Shown piece by piece: positions 58,947 through 64,000 of a stretch of DNA of 64,000 nucleotides; the first letter of the stretch is position 1, and each line of letters begins with the position of its first letter. The DNA is from an uncultured Gemmatimonadaceae bacterium (lineage in GTDB: Bacteria > Gemmatimonadota > Gemmatimonadetes > Gemmatimonadales > Gemmatimonadaceae). Under the pieces are notes generated by a model. That model saw only the letters and a program-made list of their open reading frames with translations, was not told the DNA's origin and did not search any database. The position numbers were made by a program, and so were the translations under genes. Location of the stretch: assembly GCA_963781585.1 (NCBI GenBank), contig CAWAGQ010000006.1, positions 160,001-224,000 on the forward strand, in the 5' to 3' direction.

Positions 58947-59777
58947 ATGGTCATTCACCTCGTCGACGGCACCTACGAACTCTTCCGCCACTTCTACGGC
59001 CTGCGTCACTCTCCAGATAGCGGCGACCGTCCCTTTGGCGCCGCGACCGGCGTACTGCACACGGTCCTGCAGATGATCGAGTCCGGCGCCACGCACATCG
59101 GTGTCGCGACCGATCACGTGATCGAGTCGTTCCGCAATGCGCTCTGGGCCGACTACAAGACCGGCGATGGCATCGACCCTGCGCTGTGGGCGCAATTCCA
59201 TCCGCTGGAGGACGCGCTGCGCGAGATGGGGGTCGCCGTCTGGCCGATGACCGAACTCGAAGCCGACGACGCGCTCGCCTCGGCCGCACATCTCGCCGCA
59301 GCGGACGAGCGAGTGCAGCAGGTGTGCATCTGGACCCCCGACAAGGATCTGGCGCAATGCGTGATCGGGGACCGCGTGGTGCAGGTGGACCGCAGGAGCG
59401 GGCGCATCCGCAACGCGGAAGGCGTGCGCGAGAAGTTCGGTGTGGAGCCACGGCTGATTCCCGACTATCTGGCGCTCGTCGGTGACGCCGCGGACGGGTA
59501 TCCGGGAATGCCGGGCATCGGCGCTGTCACCGCGGCCCGACTGCTCAATCGCCATGGCGCGATCGAGGAGTTTCCGCCCGACGTTCTCGGCGACGGACGC
59601 GATCGCGCACTGCTCTTCAAGCAGCTGGCGACGCTGAGGACCGACGCGCCGCTGTTCGACGACGTGAGCGCCCTTGGATGGCAGGGTCCGACGCCAGACT
59701 TTGGTGGACGTGCTGAGCAGCTGGGCGACGTGAGGCTGGTCGAACGAGCCCGGCGCGCGGCAAGCCGGGCCGGGTAG
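58947..59777 (+). CDS. Stand-alone 5'-3' exonuclease / flap endonuclease (PolA N-terminal-like)
   Basis: LVDGT, FRN.L...YK, EADD, DKDLAQ, LVGDAADGYPG.PGIG. Confidence 0.9.
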   Translation: MVIHLVDGTYELFRHFYGLRHSPDSGDRPFGAATGVLHTVLQMIESGATHIGVATDHVIESFRNALWADYKTGDGIDPALWAQFHPLEDALREMGVAVWPMTELEADDALASAAHLAAADERVQQVCIWTPDKDLAQCVIGDRVVQVDRRSGRIRNAEGVREKFGVEPRLIPDYLALVGDAADGYPGMPGIGAVTAARLLNRHGAIEEFPPDVLGDGRDRALLFKQLATLRTDAPLFDDVSALGWQGPTPDFGGRAEQLGDVRLVERARRAASRAG

Positions 59778-59874
59778 CACGCGCATCGTTCAGCTGCCGC
59801 GCTCTGCTGACCTGGGATACGGGTCGGCGCCATGCCTTGGCTCTCCGACTGCTCTCCTTCGCCGCGATGAGAGA

Positions 59875-62538
59875 CTACGTGGCGTCGGACAATACGGACG
59901 TCGGCGCCATCGTGGCCGCCCGACGCGCGGGCACCAGAGCCGCCGCAACGCCGGTCGCGATCAGCACCGCCACCACGAGCAGGTACGTCACTGGGTCCCG
60001 CTGCGTGATGCCGACCAGCAACGTGGACAGGATCCGCGACGACGCGAGAGCGGCTGGAATGCCGATCACGAGCCCGATCGCCACCACGCGCAGGCCATGC
60101 CGCAGCACGAGCCCCAGCACCTGCGCCTGCTGCGCACCGAGCGCCATCCGGATGCCGAGTTCGTGACGACGCCTTCCCACCACGTACGACACCACCGCGT
60201 ACACCCCGCTCACTGCCAGAAGGAGCGCGAGCGCCGCGAACAGGGTGAGGGCCCCCACCAGGGTGCGCTGCCTGACGAGAGACTTGTCGAGCTTGTCGCG
60301 CATGGTGCCGGGGTCGTAGACCGGCAGCTCCGGATCGAGCTCCTGGATCGCGTGCCGCATGGACCCGAGCAGTGTCGCCGGGTCGCCGTGGGTGTACACC
60401 GTGAAGCGCATGGAATTCACGTCGTCCGTCTTCCGGATCGCCTCCAGGGGAATGTACACGCCCGGACGCGGCGGCTGGTCGAGTCCGTAGTGCCGCTCAT
60501 CCGTCGTCACGCCGACGACGGTGCGCCAGTGGGCGGCGGTGTCCCCGCGGAAGCGGACCCGTTTCCCGATCGGATCGGTTCCGGTAGGCCAGAACCGCCG
60601 GACGAAGCTCTGGTTCACGACGATCGGCATGAACCCGTCCGGGTCGCCCTCGCGGTCGCGATAGAAGCGTCCGTGCACGAGCGGGGTGCCCATCGCCGCG
60701 AAGTAGCTGCCTGACGCGACGCGAAAGAGAATGACCGGATCGGGCTGTCCGGCGGCGAGCGGGGGTTGTCCCTCGGCCTCCATGAACCCGCCCCAGTGGC
60801 AGGTGAGCGGTGGGCAGCTGATGGCGCCGGCCGCGACGACGCCGGGGAGGGCCTTCAGTCGCTCCTGTACGGATTCGAAGAACGCCCGCTGTGCGAAGCC
60901 GTCCGCGTATTTCACCTTCGGCAACGCCACGCCGAAGCCGGCAACGCCGTCGACGCGGAAGCCGGTCTCCACACTCGTGAGGTTGCGGTAGCCGCGCACC
61001 AGCAGCCCGCCGCCCACCAGCAGCACGGCGGCGAGCGCCACTTCGATCGCGACCAGCGCATCGAGCAGCCGGCGCTGCGGCACCGACGCCGTGGTCCTCG
61101 TGCCGACCGACGACAGCGCAGCGCGCAGATCGAGCCGGCGCGCCTGCAGCGCCGGCACGAGCCCGAACAGAATGGCCGTCACCAGCACCACCGAGACCGC
61201 GAACCCCAGGCTGCGCGCATCGAGGGTAAAGCGTGCCCAGGCGGGAAGCTCGTTAGGCGCCGAGGCGACCAGGAGGCGCAATCCCCACCAGCCGAGCGCC
61301 ATGCCGGCGATCCCCGCTACCATGGCCAGGAGCAGGCTCTCGGTGAGCATCTGTCGTGCGACCCGCCTCCCGCTGGCGCCCAGCGCCATGCGGATTCCCA
61401 TCTCGGCGCGGCGAAAGACCGAGCGCGCGAGCATCGCACCGGCCACGTTCACGCAGGCGATGAGCAGCACCAGCACCACCGCCGCGCCCAGCGTGCGCCC
61501 CATCACGCGCATCTGCCCGACGTACTTCTCGCGGAGCGGCATGATGCGCGGCACCACCACGTGCGAGGAATCGCGCTGTCGCCAGATAATGTCCTGCGCC
61601 TGGTCGAGATCCGTGTGCGCCGCCTCGATGGTCACGCCGGGGTTGAGGCGCGCGACGCCATCATAGGCGTACGACTGCCCTTGCTGATTGGGCTTCTCGC
61701 CAAGCGGCGTCCACAGCTTCACCGAGCCCGGGAACTCGGCGGCCGGCGGCATCACGCCGATGATCGTGGTGGACACGCTGTTGATGCGGATCGTGCGGCC
61801 GACGACATCGCGCGCACCGGCGAAACGCGACTGCCAGAGCCCGTAGCCGATCACCGCGACCGCGGGAGGATCTGGTCGATCCTCGTCCTTCGTGAACGTT
61901 CGCCCGAGCAGAGGATGGAGGCCTAGCGCGTCGGGCAGATCGTACGTGATCCTCGCGCCGTCGATTCGCTCGGCCGAAGTCCCATCGGAGACATTGAACT
62001 GCGTCTCATCGAAGAGCCCCATGGCAGCGAACGACGTGGTGTGCTCACGCCAGGCGAGGAAATCGTCGTAATTGATGCCAGTGTAGTCCAGGTTCCACTT
62101 CGGCGCTTCTTCGTTGAGGTACACGAGACGTTCAGGTTGCGGAAACGCCAGAGGACGGAAGAAGAGACCGTCCAGGAGGGCGAAGACCGTGGAGTTGACC
62201 GCCACCGCCAGCGTGAGCGTGAGGAGGATCATCGCGGTCGCGCCCTTCTGGCGGGAGAAGGCGCGCACGGCGAAGCGGAGGTCGGACAGGAAGGACTGCA
62301 TGGAGCGCTCCCGTGGTCGCGGCAGGTGCCGGCGGCGCCAGTGTTCGTAGGGTGCGTGTCGCACCACGTCCCAGGTGATCGCCATCGCCGTGGCGCAGAA
62401 CGCCACGAAGCCGCGTCGGCGCGCGCTGTCGAGCTCCTGCCTGACGAGGTCGACCATCTCGTCCTCGTGCTGGAGTCGGAAGCCCTCCGGAAGGAGACGG
62501 ATCAGGATCCGGTAGAATCGCAGGGGCAGGCTCCTCAC
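59875..62538 (-). CDS. ADOP-type duplicated ABC permease
   Basis: LLIACVNVA, RRAEMGIRMALGA, RRHELGIRMALGA, PARRA; GTGA overlap with the padR stop. Confidence 0.92.
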   Translation of the reverse strand: MRSLPLRFYRILIRLLPEGFRLQHEDEMVDLVRQELDSARRRGFVAFCATAMAITWDVVRHAPYEHWRRRHLPRPRERSMQSFLSDLRFAVRAFSRQKGATAMILLTLTLAVAVNSTVFALLDGLFFRPLAFPQPERLVYLNEEAPKWNLDYTGINYDDFLAWREHTTSFAAMGLFDETQFNVSDGTSAERIDGARITYDLPDALGLHPLLGRTFTKDEDRPDPPAVAVIGYGLWQSRFAGARDVVGRTIRINSVSTTIIGVMPPAAEFPGSVKLWTPLGEKPNQQGQSYAYDGVARLNPGVTIEAAHTDLDQAQDIIWRQRDSSHVVVPRIMPLREKYVGQMRVMGRTLGAAVVLVLLIACVNVAGAMLARSVFRRAEMGIRMALGASGRRVARQMLTESLLLAMVAGIAGMALGWWGLRLLVASAPNELPAWARFTLDARSLGFAVSVVLVTAILFGLVPALQARRLDLRAALSSVGTRTTASVPQRRLLDALVAIEVALAAVLLVGGGLLVRGYRNLTSVETGFRVDGVAGFGVALPKVKYADGFAQRAFFESVQERLKALPGVVAAGAISCPPLTCHWGGFMEAEGQPPLAAGQPDPVILFRVASGSYFAAMGTPLVHGRFYRDREGDPDGFMPIVVNQSFVRRFWPTGTDPIGKRVRFRGDTAAHWRTVVGVTTDERHYGLDQPPRPGVYIPLEAIRKTDDVNSMRFTVYTHGDPATLLGSMRHAIQELDPELPVYDPGTMRDKLDKSLVRQRTLVGALTLFAALALLLAVSGVYAVVSYVVGRRRHELGIRMALGAQQAQVLGLVLRHGLRVVAIGLVIGIPAALASSRILSTLLVGITQRDPVTYLLVVAVLIATGVAAALVPARRAATMAPTSVLSDAT

Positions 62539-62864
62539 GACGATTCTCCGGAATGCGCGAGCCGGCGCTGGGCGACCCTGACCATCGACTCGGTGCGGGC
62601 CACCTCGGCCGAGAGGGCACGGCGTCCGGCCGGGGTGATGCGAAACCATCGGCGCCGCGCGCTGTCGTTGTCTGCATCGACCGGCGGAGCGTCGAGCTCG
62701 CGGATCCAGCCATGTTCGCGGAGTTCGTCGAGGGCGCCGTAGAGGCTTGCGGGCCAGAGGCGCAGGTCGCCCGCGGTGAGCTCGAGCACGTCGCGCATGA
62801 TGCCCGACCCGTGGCGCTCGCGTTCGGCGAGTGAGAGGAGGATGAAGAACCAGTGGCGGCGCAT
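62535..62864 (-). CDS. PadR family transcriptional regulator
   Basis: ILLSLAE.ERHG..IM..V...T.G...L.PASLYGAL..L...GWI...RRR.F.IT..G. Confidence 0.9.
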   Translation of the reverse strand: MRRHWFFILLSLAERERHGSGIMRDVLELTAGDLRLWPASLYGALDELREHGWIRELDAPPVDADNDSARRRWFRITPAGRRALSAEVARTESMVRVAQRRLAHSGESS

Positions 62865-62886
62865 GGATGGCTGGTGAAGTCGGCAG

Positions 62887-62917
62887 CTACTATATCATTT
62901 GATATAATAGAGCGCAA
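62887..62917 (-). promoter_or_regulatory. Promoter and palindromic operator of padR-3
   Basis: Minus strand TTGCGC (62917-62912)-17-TATAGT (62894-62889); palindrome CTAcTATATCA-TT-TGATATAaTAG. Confidence 0.75.
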
Positions 62918-63229
62918 GAAGGTTGCGTGGTGGCCGCTGGTCCGGGCCGAAGCGCCGACCGGCGGGCCCGGTGGGGGCCCGGTCTCGTGGCCGAGACGAG
63001 ACACGAAGTCCCCGCGTTGAGGGAGGCAGGCGCCTGGGACGCACCGATTGCCTGGCCGTCCAGTGCGCGTCGCGGCCGCGCTAGCGGAGGTGCGTGGGAC
63101 CAGCCGACGCACCGGCTGTACCCTCGCGCTGCGTGTTGCTGTGGCGGATCATAGGTTGGAGCAGGCACTGCCACCCTCGCCGCGCGCGTGACCGGCACGT
63201 GCGGGGCGGTCATGGCGCAGGATGTGTTC

Positions 63230-63718
63230 ATGTCGCAGCATCATGTCCGACGTTCCCCGGTCCGTCGCAGAAGGGTGGCGATTGCCCTCGCAGTATTCGT
63301 TAGGCTGGGGATGACCGTGGCGTGCGGCGACCCGGCAGGACCGAATGCGCTTTTTCCCGCCGGGGCGGTCCGCGTGCTGCCCGTCCCCGCGGAATACCTC
63401 CAGTGGTGGATGGAGGTGGAAGGGTGCTCGGGCCTGGGCGGGGATGTGCGTCGGGTACGGTTCTATGTGATGCCCGACGTGTACGCCTGGTGGGCACAGG
63501 ACCTTGGGGCATATGTGATGGGAGGCTGGACCGCGCGGGGCAATCGCATCACCGTGGGCGCCTTCCTGAAAGACGACGCGGGCCTGGTCCGCCACGAGAT
63601 GTTGCATGCCCTGCTGCAGCGTGGCGATCATCCCGTCGTGTATTTCGTGAAGCGCTGTGGGCCGCTGCTGGCGTCCGCCAGGGATCCGCTGTTCGGTGCC
63701 GGTGCGGTCGTGCGCTGA
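63230..63718 (+). CDS. Hypothetical lipoprotein with HExxH motif (minimal zincin-like)
   Basis: TVAC lipobox-like motif, WW..VE.CSG, VRHEMLHALL..GDH; start uncertain. Confidence 0.6.
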   Translation: MSQHHVRRSPVRRRRVAIALAVFVRLGMTVACGDPAGPNALFPAGAVRVLPVPAEYLQWWMEVEGCSGLGGDVRRVRFYVMPDVYAWWAQDLGAYVMGGWTARGNRITVGAFLKDDAGLVRHEMLHALLQRGDHPVVYFVKRCGPLLASARDPLFGAGAVVR

Positions 63719-64000
63719 CGGGATGCTCGGACAATCCTCGCTCGCCCTTGACCGGTGGACCCCTGGAGGACGCCTTTCTGCGCTGAAGCCGATTCCGGGA
63801 AGATTCACCGCTCGTTCCGGGCTGCGATCGGATGTATCGTATGTGCGGGGGTACGCCGGAGGCGCGTCAGGCGAGCGAACTCGGCGAGCGGCCCGTACGT
63901 CCGGGACGGCGCCCGAACATGCCACCGAAGCGGTGCGAGTGAACCCACGACCCGTCGTGCAACATCCTGCCGTAGCAGCTTTCCTGATGTCGGCGGTCAC

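Noticed and set aside
8070..63305. GTTAGGC/GCCTAAC copies as integron attC sites
   Set aside because: They match the GTTRRRY core, but most lie inside genes. I found no RYYYAAC...GTTRRRY pair in the right order and spacing after a gene, and there is no integrase in the window.
63750..64000. ABC ATPase C-terminal remnant (LEDAFLR) or the start of a gene at the window edge
   Set aside because: Too little sequence to support either call.

Overview
High-GC (roughly 68-70% by eye) bacterial chromosomal segment. The gene repertoire points to Gemmatimonadota (inference): three PadR + duplicated orphan ABC permease (ADOP) pairs, a Ser/Thr kinase-TPR protein, TonB receptors with carboxypeptidase-like N-domains, DUF5916 and GGRGG-rich peptidases. 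It holds about 50 CDS covering Mg/Ni transport, RNase Z, peptidases, serine hydrolases, an ECF sigma module, NfeD-slipin and DNA repair enzymes. It also has two CCA-less tRNA genes (Ala-CGC, Gln-CTG), a TPP riboswitch upstream of a TonB-dependent receptor, and an AbrB-Doc toxin-antitoxin pair. I found no integrase, transposase, prophage or CRISPR array. The most notable signals are: (1) the octamer CGTTAGGC occurs at least 16 times, inside genes, at stop codons and as an inverted pair, against about 2 expected, suggesting an uncharacterised chromosome-wide signal; (2) a 23-bp inverted repeat buries the promoter and start codon of an apparently leaderless padR; (3) an XRE regulator absent from the ORF track has no canonical start codon; (4) the Doc toxin has His->Gln in its Fic motif; (5) the tRNA-Gln 3' end is repeated in both inverted and direct orientation; (6) a candidate pseudoknotted RNA follows tRNA-Ala; (7) four +1 frameshifts at 50.5-52.5 kb are probably sequencing errors. 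All family calls come from motif recognition by eye, not from database searches.
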